The notes under the pieces: generated by a model
The model's input: only the letters and a program-made list of their open reading frames with translations
Databases searched by the model: none
What the model was told of the DNA's origin: nothing
Made by a program: the position numbers and the translations under genes
In this document: positions 29,013 to 38,495 of the stretch, one piece after another
Layout of the letters: each line of letters opens with the position of its first letter
Position numbering within the stretch: the stretch's first letter is position 1
NCBI RefSeq assembly: GCF_032116555.1
Contig: NZ_CP134949.1
Coordinates: forward strand, 1,984,001-2,048,000
DNA from: Halorarum halobium
GTDB taxonomy: Archaea; Halobacteriota; Halobacteria; Halobacteriales; Haloferacaceae
Length of the DNA stretch: 64,000 nucleotides
Direction of reading: 5' to 3'

Positions 29013-30578
29013 CTACTTCGCCGCGATGACGTCGTCGATGCGGAGGATCATCGTCGCCGCCTCGGTCGCGGATTCGAGCGCCTCGCGCTTGACCGCGGCG
29101 GGGTCGTAGACGCCCGCGTCGGCCGGGTCGCCGACGCGGCCGGACTGGCCCTCGGCGATGATGCCCGCGATCCCGTCGCGGTCGAACGTCGCGCGCAGTT
29201 CCACGAGCGCGTCGATGGGGTCCATCCCGACGTTCTCCGCGAGCGTGCGCGGGATCGCCTCGACGGCGTCCGCGAACGCCTCGACCGCGAGCTGCTTGCG
29301 GCCGGTGACGGCGTTGGCGCCCGCGCGGACGTGGTCGCCGACGGCGATCTCGGTGGCGCCGGCGCCGGGGACGACCGCCCCGTCGGCGATGGCGGCCGAC
29401 ACCGCGCCGACGGCGTCGGCCATCGCGCGTTCGAGTTCGTCGACGACGTGCTCGGTGCCGCCGCGGACGAACAGGGTGACGGTCCGGGAGCCCTCGGTTC
29501 CCTCGACGAACGCGAGGTCGTCCTCGCCGACCCGCTCGACGCGGACCTCGCGGGCCGTGCCCAGATCCGACGCCTCGAGGTCCGCTACCGAGCCGAGCCG
29601 GACCGCCCCGGTCGCCCGGGCGAACGCGCGGGCCTCGGAGCGCTTCACGTTCGAGAAGGCGAGGACGCCGGCGTCGGCGAGGTGGGCCGCGACCCGGTCT
29701 TCGATCTTCTTCGAGCAGACGACCACGTCGACGCCGGCGTCGGCGAGCGTCGCGGCGATGGCGCGTCGCTCGCCGTCCTCGGCCGAGAGCGCGGCGTCGA
29801 ACTGGTCGGCCGACGTGATGGTGTACTCGGAGTCGATCTCGCCGGTCCGCACGTCGAGCTTCGTGTCCAGAACGGCGACCGACGCGTCCGTGACGTGCCG
29901 CGGCATGGCGTCGTTCGCGGGCTCCTCCTCGAGGACGACGCCCTGGACGAGCTCCGTCGCGGCCGCCGAGCCCCCGGTGTGGGTGAACGTCCGGACGTCG
30001 TCGTCCTCGACCCGGCCGTCGACGGCGACCTGGGTCACCGCGGAGACGACGAGTTCGGCGAGCCGGTCGGCCGTCACGTCGCCGGTCCCCTTGCCCGTCA
30101 TGGCCGACTCCGCGACCGCCCGGAGCAGGTCGTCGTCGACCGGTTCGTCGGTCACCATCCCGTCGACGGCGTCCAGTCCGAGCCGGAGCGCCTCGGCGTA
30201 CCCCTCGACGATGGCCGTCGGGTGGACGCCGTCCTCCAGCAGTTCCTCGGCGCGGGCCAGCAGTTCGCCGGCGAGCACCGCCGCCATCGTCGTCCCGTCG
30301 CCGACCTCCTCCTCCTGGGCCTCGGCGACCTCGACGAGCATCTGTGCGGTCGGATGCTCGATGTCCATCTCCGTGAGGATCGTCGCGCCGTCGTTCGTGA
30401 TGACCACGTCGCCCGAGGAGTCGACGAGCATCTTGTCCATGCCGCGGGGACCGAGCGTCGTTCGGACCGCGCTGGCGACCGCACGACCCGCGGCGATGTT
30501 GGACGTCTGAGCGTCGCCGCCGCTGGTGCGCTGGCTGCCCTCCGCGAGGATGTACAGTGGTTGTTGCATGTATGACAT
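29013..30578 (-). CDS. Thermosome (group II chaperonin) subunit, probably the third paralogue
   Basis: [37 protein letters not shown]. Confidence 0.95.
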   Translation of the reverse strand: MSYMQQPLYILAEGSQRTSGGDAQTSNIAAGRAVASAVRTTLGPRGMDKMLVDSSGDVVITNDGATILTEMDIEHPTAQMLVEVAEAQEEEVGDGTTMAAVLAGELLARAEELLEDGVHPTAIVEGYAEALRLGLDAVDGMVTDEPVDDDLLRAVAESAMTGKGTGDVTADRLAELVVSAVTQVAVDGRVEDDDVRTFTHTGGSAAATELVQGVVLEEEPANDAMPRHVTDASVAVLDTKLDVRTGEIDSEYTITSADQFDAALSAEDGERRAIAATLADAGVDVVVCSKKIEDRVAAHLADAGVLAFSNVKRSEARAFARATGAVRLGSVADLEASDLGTAREVRVERVGEDDLAFVEGTEGSRTVTLFVRGGTEHVVDELERAMADAVGAVSAAIADGAVVPGAGATEIAVGDHVRAGANAVTGRKQLAVEAFADAVEAIPRTLAENVGMDPIDALVELRATFDRDGIAGIIAEGQSGRVGDPADAGVYDPAAVKREALESATEAATMILRIDDVIAAK

Positions 30579-30740
30579 GAGACTCGAAGTTGATTGGTCG
30601 CGGTTCGATATGAAGTTTTCGAGTTATTCATCGCGGAATTTGGACGAGTGCGACGTGGTTGTGCTGAGCACGCGGGAGGACCGTCGGGGCACACGTACTA
30701 TCTGTAACAACTAAGGGGTGGCCTCCCCTTCCCCCGCTGG

Positions 30741-31571
30741 ATGCTCGAACTGGAGCACGGGTTCCGCGTGGTCGACGTGCACGCGCAACTCGACCCCGAT
30801 GAGGAGGCCGTCGCCACGCACGGCCGGGAGATCACCCCGGAACGGCTCCAGCGCGAGATGCACCAGGCGGGCGTCGTTCGGACCGCGGTGTCGCCGGGCC
30901 CCCGTCCGCGGGGGGAGGGCTACCTCAGGGCGAACAACGCCGTCGCACGCCTCTCGGTCGAACGACCGTTCGTCGCCATGGCTCGGCTCAACGGCCCGCG
31001 CGACGCCGGCAACGGGGCGCTCTCACAGCTCCGAAACCTCACCGCGGCACCGGCCGAGCACCACGCCGAACCGGGCGACGTCGAGCAGTACGCCTACGAC
31101 GACCGGTTCCACGGGTTCGTCCTCGACCCGACGCGGGACGGCCTCCCGACCGAGGCCGTCCTGGAGGAGATCGCCGCGACCGAGTCGCCGGTGCTGTTCT
31201 ACAGTTCGCCACAGATCCCGCCGAGCGCGGTCGCCGAGGCCGTCCTCGAGTACGACTTCCCCGTCGTTCTCACGAGCTTCGGCGGCTTCCCGCTGGACCG
31301 TGAGCGCATGGCGGAAGCGCTCTCGATGCTCGATACCTACGACGACCTCTACCTGGACACCAGTTTCGTCCGCTACCGGACGGTCCTCGAACGCGGTCTC
31401 CTCGAACACCCGGACAGAGTCCTCTTCGGCTCGGGCGCGCCCGACACGCATCCCGACGTCGGGGTGATGGAGGTGCTGACGCTGGACGTGCCCGAGGACC
31501 TGATGACGCGCGCGTTCACGAAGAATCCCGGCCGCCTGTTCCCGGGACTCACCGCCGGCGCGGCGGACTGA
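30741..31571 (+). CDS. Amidohydrolase-family (TIM barrel) protein
   Basis: VDVHA, YLDTS, RVLFGSGAP. Confidence 0.82.
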   Translation: MLELEHGFRVVDVHAQLDPDEEAVATHGREITPERLQREMHQAGVVRTAVSPGPRPRGEGYLRANNAVARLSVERPFVAMARLNGPRDAGNGALSQLRNLTAAPAEHHAEPGDVEQYAYDDRFHGFVLDPTRDGLPTEAVLEEIAATESPVLFYSSPQIPPSAVAEAVLEYDFPVVLTSFGGFPLDRERMAEALSMLDTYDDLYLDTSFVRYRTVLERGLLEHPDRVLFGSGAPDTHPDVGVMEVLTLDVPEDLMTRAFTKNPGRLFPGLTAGAAD

Positions 31572-31599
31572 TTCCGCTCGTCGGAACGGCCTCGTTCGG

Positions 31600-32514
31600 C
31601 TACTCGCGCCAGTCGTACTTCGCGACCGCCCGGTCGGCCCTCGCGGTCAACCCGTTCGGGTTCCGGGTGTCCGATCGGTCCTTCGCCCGGGCGACGATGC
31701 CGTCCGAGGCCCCGGTCGCCATCCCGCCGACCACGTCCCGTCCGTTGCCGACCCATCCCGAGGGGGTCGCCTCGCCCCGCACGACTTCGGTGAGCGTCCG
31801 TCGGGCGTCGCTCGCGGCGTGAGACAGCGTTCTCCGGACGACGGTCGGGCGGGGACCGTAGTTCTTCGTCAGTCGGTAGGCGAGCGCGCGGTACTTCCAG
31901 CCCCAGTCGCGCGCCTCGCGGCCGCCGTCCGCCGCCGTCGGCTCCTGTCGCCGCACACCCATCTCGGGGCGCCAGACGACCTCGACGTTCATCCCGCCGA
32001 GCCGGTGTGAGGCGTCCCGCGACCCGCCCGTCTCCAGATACTCGTCGAAGCCGTCGAGGTCCTCGAGCACGTCGGCCCGGAAGGCGACGTTTCGCCCGTT
32101 GAGGTACGTCACGCTCCGATCAGCGATGTTTCGGCGTTCGGCCTCGGCGCTCGTCGCACCGCCCTTCACCGTCCGTCGAAGCGGCCCCGTCACCACGTCG
32201 GCGCCGGTCGAGACCGCGTCGCGAACCGTCGTCTGCCAGTCGGCCTCGATCAGGTGATCGTAGCCGAGCATCGCCACGACGTCGCCGTCGGCCACCTCGA
32301 TGCCGGCGTTCCGGGCGACGTTGACGTTTCTCGCCGAAATCTCGACGAGCACGTCCACGTCGTCCCGGTCGCGTACCATCCCGGTGGTGCCGTCAGCGGA
32401 GGGGCCGTTGACCACGACCACCTCCGCGTCGGACGCGTGTGCGGCGAGCGAGTCGAGGCTCGCCGCGAGGCGGTCCCGACCGTTGAGGGTCGGGACGACC
32501 ACCGAGAGCTCCAT
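31600..32514 (-). CDS. Glycosyltransferase family 2
   Basis: VVVPTLN, VNGPSADGT, ARNAGI, GFDE. Confidence 0.88.
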   Translation of the reverse strand: MELSVVVPTLNGRDRLAASLDSLAAHASDAEVVVVNGPSADGTTGMVRDRDDVDVLVEISARNVNVARNAGIEVADGDVVAMLGYDHLIEADWQTTVRDAVSTGADVVTGPLRRTVKGGATSAEAERRNIADRSVTYLNGRNVAFRADVLEDLDGFDEYLETGGSRDASHRLGGMNVEVVWRPEMGVRRQEPTAADGGREARDWGWKYRALAYRLTKNYGPRPTVVRRTLSHAASDARRTLTEVVRGEATPSGWVGNGRDVVGGMATGASDGIVARAKDRSDTRNPNGLTARADRAVAKYDWRE

Positions 32515-32659
32515 ACCCTCCATGTTTCCGTTCAGCGACTTAAAAGGGAGGCTTCGAACCGGGTCGGAACTGACAACCCGGCGTCGTGTCTCCACCGTTC
32601 GGGGTGGTTCGCCGACGTTTCGGCGCTCGGGGAGCCGGGAGGAGTCGAGACCGGGTTCG

Positions 32660-32932
32660 CTACGTGTTGAGGAAGTAGACCTGCTTGCGCGCGTCCTTGA
32701 AGGAGTAGCGCGATCCGACGAGATCACACTCCTCGAGCCTGTTCAGCGCGTAGCGCACGGTCCGGTCGGGCAGCAGCGACTCGTCCGCGAGCTGCCCCTG
32801 CGAGAGGGGCGTTTCACCCTCCAGGACCTTCGCAACCAGCTTGGCGCTGGGGGGGAGCTCACGGAGCCTGTCGCGGTACTCTGCCTTCGAGAGACGGTCG
32901 CTGCCATCCACGTCCGCGGTACTGGTGCTCAT
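32660..32932 (-). CDS. Small winged-HTH (MarR-like) regulator
   Basis: LPPSAKLVAKVL, LADESLLPDRTVRYALNRL, DARKQVY. Confidence 0.88.
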   Translation of the reverse strand: MSTSTADVDGSDRLSKAEYRDRLRELPPSAKLVAKVLEGETPLSQGQLADESLLPDRTVRYALNRLEECDLVGSRYSFKDARKQVYFLNT

Positions 32933-33057
32933 ACATCGAGCGAATCCGAGGGGAATGGTAAAGGTTACCTCAATATGACTGGAAAGGGTCCGTATTCCTA
33001 ATATCCCTTATATCATCTCAGCGGCGGGCTCAAGTGTCGGTTCGTCCAACCGCGACC

Positions 33058-33450
33058 GTGATTCCCGAGTCCCACCGCGACGTGTTCGAGAAGGAGTCGT
33101 TCGCACACCTCTCGACGGTGATGCCCGACGGCACTCCCCAGTCGACGCCGGTCTGGGTCGATCACGACGGGGGCGAGGCCGTCCTGCTCAACACGGCACG
33201 CGGACGACAGAAGACCCGTAACATCGAGCGGAACCCGAAGGTCGGCGTCTCGGTGCTCGACCCCGACGATCCGTACCGCTACGTCTCGGTTCGCGGCGAG
33301 GCCGAACTGATCGACGAGGGGGCCGACGACCACATCGACGAACTGGCGCGGGCGTACTTCGACGTCGACGAGTACCCCCATCACGGCGAGGAGTCGGGCG
33401 CGCGGGTGATCGTCCGGGTCCCGGCGGAAAACGTCGTGACGAGCGGCTGA
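33058..33450 (+). CDS. PPOX-class F420-dependent oxidoreductase
   Basis: AHLSTVMPDGTPQSTPVW, KTRNIERNPKV, YRYVSVRG. Confidence 0.9.
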   Translation: MIPESHRDVFEKESFAHLSTVMPDGTPQSTPVWVDHDGGEAVLLNTARGRQKTRNIERNPKVGVSVLDPDDPYRYVSVRGEAELIDEGADDHIDELARAYFDVDEYPHHGEESGARVIVRVPAENVVTSG

Positions 33451-33578
33451 GCCGGACGAGAACGCCGCAGTGCCGTCCCGAGGGGCCGACCGACGGGTGG
33501 CGAACGCCGCCACGAGAATCGGACGCAGACGCGACAATCAGTACGGTTTTACCACTCGGGTGTTCACGCCGTCATAGC

Positions 33579-34283
33579 GTGAAAGGGCAGGAGTGGTACC
33601 AAGCCGACTCGGTGGCCGAGGAGTACGACGCCAAGCGGTTCTCGCGGGGCGGCCGACTCATCGACCGGCGGGAGAAGGAGGCGGTGCTCGAGGCGGTCGC
33701 GCCCGTCGAGGACCAGCGGGTCCTCGAAATCGCCTGTGGCACCGGCCGGTTCACCGCCATGCTCGCCGAGCGGGGCGCGGACATCGTCGGCCTCGACATC
33801 TCGGACGCGATGCTCTCACAGGGGCGCGAGAAGGCCAGGCGCGCTGGCGTGAGCGATCACATCGAGTTCATGCGCGGCGACGCCGCCCGCCTCCCGTTCC
33901 CCGACGACCACTTCGACACCGTGTTCGCCATGCGCTTTTTCCACCTGGCGGACACGCCAGCGAAGTTCCTCGCGGAGATGGCCCGCGTCTCGAAGCGGCG
34001 CGTCTTCTTCGACACGTTCAACGGAGCCTCGCTCCGGGTGCTGTACAACTGGGCGCTCCCGATGGGCTCTCGACTCTACTCGGCGGGCGAGGTCGACCGC
34101 CTGCTCACCGACGCGGGTCTCCACCTCGCGGACGAGTCACACGACTTCCTGCTCCCGTACGGCTTCTACCGGAAGGTCCCGAACGCGGTCGCGGACCCCT
34201 TCAGAACGGTCGACACGAGGATGGGCGCGACCCCGGTGGGCGACGCGCTCGCGTCGGTCTCCTACTGGACGGCGGAAGTCTGA
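33579..34283 (+). CDS. Class I SAM-dependent methyltransferase
   Basis: VLEIACGTGRF, GLDIS, GDAARLPF. Confidence 0.92.
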   Translation: MKGQEWYQADSVAEEYDAKRFSRGGRLIDRREKEAVLEAVAPVEDQRVLEIACGTGRFTAMLAERGADIVGLDISDAMLSQGREKARRAGVSDHIEFMRGDAARLPFPDDHFDTVFAMRFFHLADTPAKFLAEMARVSKRRVFFDTFNGASLRVLYNWALPMGSRLYSAGEVDRLLTDAGLHLADESHDFLLPYGFYRKVPNAVADPFRTVDTRMGATPVGDALASVSYWTAEV

Positions 34284-34320
34284 AAACTGGCGGCGGCCGC
34301 GGTCCGGCGACGACCCCGAT

Positions 34321-34725
34321 TTACTCCTCGATGACCTCGCCGACGGCGAAGTTCGACTTCACCTCGCTCACCTCGATCTTCACGCGCTCGCCGACCTCGG
34401 CGCCGGGGACGATGATGACGTAGCCCCGTTCGACGCGGGCGATCCCGTCGCCCTGTTTTCCCAGATCCTCGATCTCGACGTAGCGGATCTCGCCGGTCTC
34501 GACCGGCGGCTGTGGGCCCTCCCGGGAGGCGTCCTCGCCAGTCTCGGCGTCGGTCTCGCCGCCCTGACCCCCCGCCGTTCGGGAGATGAGCGCGACGCGG
34601 TACACCTCCCCGGGAGTCACGCTTCCGGTCTCAACCTCGCGGCGCGGTACTTCGAGCACGTAGCCGTCGTCGTCCTCGCGGACCTCGGCACTGAACAGAC
34701 AGAGTAGTTCGTCGGAGATTTTCAC
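34321..34725 (-). CDS. TRAM domain protein
   Basis: C-terminal IEDLGKQGDGIARVERGYVIIVPG ... NFAVGEV. Confidence 0.9.
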   Translation of the reverse strand: MKISDELLCLFSAEVREDDDGYVLEVPRREVETGSVTPGEVYRVALISRTAGGQGGETDAETGEDASREGPQPPVETGEIRYVEIEDLGKQGDGIARVERGYVIIVPGAEVGERVKIEVSEVKSNFAVGEVIEE

Positions 34726-34838
34726 GATACGGACCTCCGTTGCAACCTACGGGCGGCGTGACAAATACCTACCGCCGCCGCCGGCTCGCCGGTCGGGCGT
34801 CCGGACCCCGCGAACCCGTCGGTCCCCACGCTCCGGCC

Positions 34839-35636
34839 TCAGCCGTCGAGGGGCGTCCCGTCCGGGCGCTTCGCGCCCTCCGAGTCGTGGACGACGACCT
34901 CGCCGCCGGCGGTCTCGACCGGCTCGTAGTTGTCACGTACCCCGATCGCCTCCTCGAGTTCCCTGACCGCTCGCTCCTTGAGCGCCGCCGCGAGCTCCTC
35001 GGCGTCCGACCGCGAGATGTCCCGGCCGAGCCCCTCGCACTCGTGCGCGCGAACCATCCCCTCCGTATCGACCGCCTCGCCCATCGGCTGGGAGGTACCG
35101 CCGAGCGCGACGCTGAACGGGTACGTCCTGCAGATGAGCGGCCGGTCCTCGTGGACCGTACAGGCACCGACCCCCTCGTCAGGTCCGACGGCGTCGCCGT
35201 CGCCCGGAGCCGTCTCCGACGGCTCACGGTAGAACGTGCAGTCCCCGCAGGCGTCGGTCCCGAGGGCCCACTCGAACGTCTCGCCGCTCGGGCCGTCCGA
35301 GCCGTCCGGATCGTCGGTCAGCCCGTACGGCATCGGCCTGGCGACGTCGCGGAAGTCGTACTCGGCATCGCGGTCGGGGGTGGCCACGGCCGAATCACCG
35401 TCCGCCTCGGAACCGCCGTCAGCCTCGGAACTACCCTCCACAGCGGCATCGCCCGTCACCTCCTGGAGCCGCCGGATCTCGTCGGGGAACACCGTCGCCG
35501 TATGCGGGTCGGCATCGTCGGCCTTACAGCACGCGCCACAGCGCGTACACTCGAAGCCGATGGACTCGATGGCGTCGGCCAGCGCACCCACCTCGAGCGC
35601 GCGGGCCCCCTCGAGTTCGGATTCGAGCGACTCCAT
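34839..35636 (-). CDS. YkgJ-family cysteine-cluster protein
   Basis: FECTRCGACC, CTF, CTVHEDRPLICRTYPF, CEGLG. Confidence 0.88.
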   Translation of the reverse strand: MESLESELEGARALEVGALADAIESIGFECTRCGACCKADDADPHTATVFPDEIRRLQEVTGDAAVEGSSEADGGSEADGDSAVATPDRDAEYDFRDVARPMPYGLTDDPDGSDGPSGETFEWALGTDACGDCTFYREPSETAPGDGDAVGPDEGVGACTVHEDRPLICRTYPFSVALGGTSQPMGEAVDTEGMVRAHECEGLGRDISRSDAEELAAALKERAVRELEEAIGVRDNYEPVETAGGEVVVHDSEGAKRPDGTPLDG

Positions 35637-35754
35637 AGGTCAGCCTCCGTCCGCCCGGGGGAAAACAGCGTCGGGTGGACGCTCCGGACGGCTCAATAGC
35701 CCCCCGAACACCTCTTAGCGGGCCTTAAGTGTCGTCCCCCGGGACCAGTCGGTG

Positions 35755-35964
35755 ATGGCCGCCACTGCCGACGACGACGCACGCGTCGCGGAGTCCGACC
35801 CGCGGTTCGCGGCTCCGGCGGGTCTCGAACTCGCGCTGGTCCGGTACGAGGACGCGCCGGACCGGTGTACGCTCTCGCCGCGGGACGTCGACGAGGAGGA
35901 GGTCCTCACCCACTGGCTCTCGGTCGACGCCTCGCTCGCCGTCCCGTTATCAGCGATGCGGTAA
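35755..35964 (+). CDS. Small haloarchaeal hypothetical protein (DUF7511-like)
   Basis: PDRCTLSP ... THWLSVD pattern. Confidence 0.7.
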   Translation: MAATADDDARVAESDPRFAAPAGLELALVRYEDAPDRCTLSPRDVDEEEVLTHWLSVDASLAVPLSAMR

Positions 35965-36005
35965 GGAGGACAACGTTTTAGCCGCTGTACGGAGAGCGCC
36001 GCTCC

Positions 36006-37703
36006 GTGTCCTGGGTTCCGACGGTGTACTCGGTGCCGCCCCTGCTGGCCGCGGTCATCGCGCTCGGCGTCTTCGCCGGCGCCTGGCGACACCGCACGGA
36101 GCCCGCAGCGAGGCCGTTCATCGCCGTCATCGGGATCCTCTTCGCCTGGTCGGTCGCCTACGCCATCCAGATCGGGTACACGGGCGTCCGGACGCAGCTG
36201 TTCTGGCAACAGGTGTCGTTCACGATCAGTGCCCTCATCGCCCCCCTCTGGTTCGTCTTCGCCGCCCGGTACGCCGGGTTCGACGAGGTGCTCCGCCGGC
36301 CGGTGATCGGCTTCCTCGCGCTCGAACCCGTCGCGTTCGCGCTCGTCGTCTGGACGTCCCCCGCCGGCCTCATCTGGTCGAACCCGCAGCCGTCACCCCT
36401 GGGTGCCGCGCCCATCGTGCAGTTCGTGATCGGACCGGCGTACCTGGTCCACATCACGTACGTGTACCTCCTCATCGCGGCGGGCATCGGCCTCCTCGTG
36501 TGGGTCGCCGTCTCCGGGTCGCGGCTCCACAGCAAGCAGGCCGCGCTCATCACCGCGGCCGCCCTCGTGCCGTTCGGGGCCAACGTCGTGTTCACGCTCG
36601 GCATGAGCCCGGTGCCGAACCTGGACCTGACGACGTTCACCTTCGCGATAACCGGCGCCGCGATCGCGATCGCGCTGTTCCGGTACGATTTCCTCGACCT
36701 CGCTCCGGTCGCCCACCGGCGACTGGTCGAGGCGCTCGGCGACGGGCTCGTGGTGGTCGACGACGAGGAGCGGGTCACCGAGGTCGACGGCGTGGCGCGG
36801 GACGTGCTCGATCCGCCGCCGGTCGTTGGGGAGGAGGTCGGCACGTCGCTCCCGGGCGAAACGGTCCCCGCGGCGGACGGCGCGGTTCTGGAGGCGACCG
36901 TCGACGGCGAACACCGGTACTACGACGTCTCGGTCGGGCCGATGGCGGACCGGTACGGCCGCCGGGTGGCCCACCTCGTCGGCCTCCGGGACGTCACCGA
37001 GCGCGAGGAGTACCAGCGGCGCATCGGCGTCGCCGACCGCGTCCTCCGCCACAACGTCAGGAACGAGGCGAACGTCGCGCTCGGAACCCTCTCGGACGTC
37101 TCCGAGGACGATGCGGTTTCCCCTCCGGAGGCGGCCGACCGGACGAGGACGGCCGCCGAGCGGGTGGAGCGGATCGTCGACCTGACCGAGCGCGTCCGCA
37201 AGGTGACGACCGCGCTGGACCGCAGCGACACGCGCGATCGATCGGTCGACGTCCGTCGCGTCGTGGCCGGGGTCGTCGATTCCTGTCGGGACCCCGGGGC
37301 GGTCGACGTGTCGTGTCCACCGGAGGCGACGGTCGCCGCGCCCGGCGACCTGCTCGTCGAGCGCGCCGTCGCGAACGTCGTGAGCAACGCGCTCGAACAC
37401 GGTCCGGACGGGGCGACGGTTGACCTGACGGTCGCGGTCGACGCCGACGCCGTCCGCGTCGTCGTCGCCGACGAGGGCCCGGGGATTCCCGAGCAGGAAC
37501 GGGTCCCGTTCGACGCCCGGGAGGAGACGCCGCTCTCACACGGGAGCGGCCTCGGGCTCTGGATGGTGAAGTGGGCGATGGAGGCGGCGGGGGGCGACGT
37601 CTCCCTGGCCGAGAACGAGCCGACCGGCTCCGTCGTGACGCTCACCTTCCGGCGGGCGGGGCCGGAGACCCCGACCGTCGCGGTCGCCGCGGACGACGAT
37701 TAG
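36006..37703 (+). CDS. Sensor histidine kinase with N-terminal 7TM region and PAS domain
   Basis: 7 TM helices, H-box RVLRHNVRN, N-box NALEHG, DEGPGIP, GSGLGLW. Confidence 0.92.
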   Translation: MSWVPTVYSVPPLLAAVIALGVFAGAWRHRTEPAARPFIAVIGILFAWSVAYAIQIGYTGVRTQLFWQQVSFTISALIAPLWFVFAARYAGFDEVLRRPVIGFLALEPVAFALVVWTSPAGLIWSNPQPSPLGAAPIVQFVIGPAYLVHITYVYLLIAAGIGLLVWVAVSGSRLHSKQAALITAAALVPFGANVVFTLGMSPVPNLDLTTFTFAITGAAIAIALFRYDFLDLAPVAHRRLVEALGDGLVVVDDEERVTEVDGVARDVLDPPPVVGEEVGTSLPGETVPAADGAVLEATVDGEHRYYDVSVGPMADRYGRRVAHLVGLRDVTEREEYQRRIGVADRVLRHNVRNEANVALGTLSDVSEDDAVSPPEAADRTRTAAERVERIVDLTERVRKVTTALDRSDTRDRSVDVRRVVAGVVDSCRDPGAVDVSCPPEATVAAPGDLLVERAVANVVSNALEHGPDGATVDLTVAVDADAVRVVVADEGPGIPEQERVPFDAREETPLSHGSGLGLWMVKWAMEAAGGDVSLAENEPTGSVVTLTFRRAGPETPTVAVAADDD

Positions 37704-38488
37704 GCGGGTCCCACGTCGCCGGTCTCGGGGTCGTACCTGACCCGCCCCGAGCGGGACAGTTTCTCGAGGTGCGCCCGCACCGTCGCCCGCGCGAGGTCAC
37801 GCACGCCGGAGAGGTCCTTCTCGTAGGCAGCAGACAGCACCGCGTCGACGTCGCCGGCACCGTCCAGCGCCGCCGCCTCGACTGCCGTCTCGCGGGCGAG
37901 TCGATGGGCGATGAGCCGACCGCACGCGGCACGTGGCTCCTCGATGACCGGACCGTGGCCCGGGTAGAGCGTCGAAGGATTTCGGGCGTGGAGCCGGCGG
38001 AGCGCGACCAGATAGGCCCGCACGTCGCCCTCGGGTGCGCCCACGACGACGCTCCCCTCGGCGACGGCGACGTCCCCCGAAACGATCCCGAGCGGCGTCT
38101 CGAAGGCGGCGTGGTCGGGCGCGTGCCCCTGCGTGTCGAGGACGGCCGCCGGGCCGACGCGGTCGCCCTCCGCGAACGTTCGGTCCGGTTCGACCCCGGT
38201 CGCGGCCGCGAAGCGCTCCGTCCGTCCGACCCGCGCCCAGACGGTCGCTCCCGTCTCCCGCGCGTAGTCGGCGACCGCGCCGACGTGGTCCGGGTGGGTG
38301 TGGGTGACCGCGACGTGGTCGACGGCCGTCTCGCGCACCGCGACGTCGAGGTTCTCGGTTCTCCCCGCCGGGTCGACCAGCAGCCGTTCTGTCCCGTCGG
38401 CCGGTCCGGGGCCAGCGACGAGGTAGGCGTTCGTCCGCCCGGTCGGCGCGCGCGTCTCGACGGGGACCGAGAAGCGGTCGACGTGCAT
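37700..38488 (-). CDS. Metallo-beta-lactamase-fold hydrolase
   Basis: THTHPDHVG, GHAPDH, SGD, PGHG. Confidence 0.92.
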   Translation of the reverse strand: MHVDRFSVPVETRAPTGRTNAYLVAGPGPADGTERLLVDPAGRTENLDVAVRETAVDHVAVTHTHPDHVGAVADYARETGATVWARVGRTERFAAATGVEPDRTFAEGDRVGPAAVLDTQGHAPDHAAFETPLGIVSGDVAVAEGSVVVGAPEGDVRAYLVALRRLHARNPSTLYPGHGPVIEEPRAACGRLIAHRLARETAVEAAALDGAGDVDAVLSAAYEKDLSGVRDLARATVRAHLEKLSRSGRVRYDPETGDVGPA

Positions 38489-38495
38489 CGGCCCG

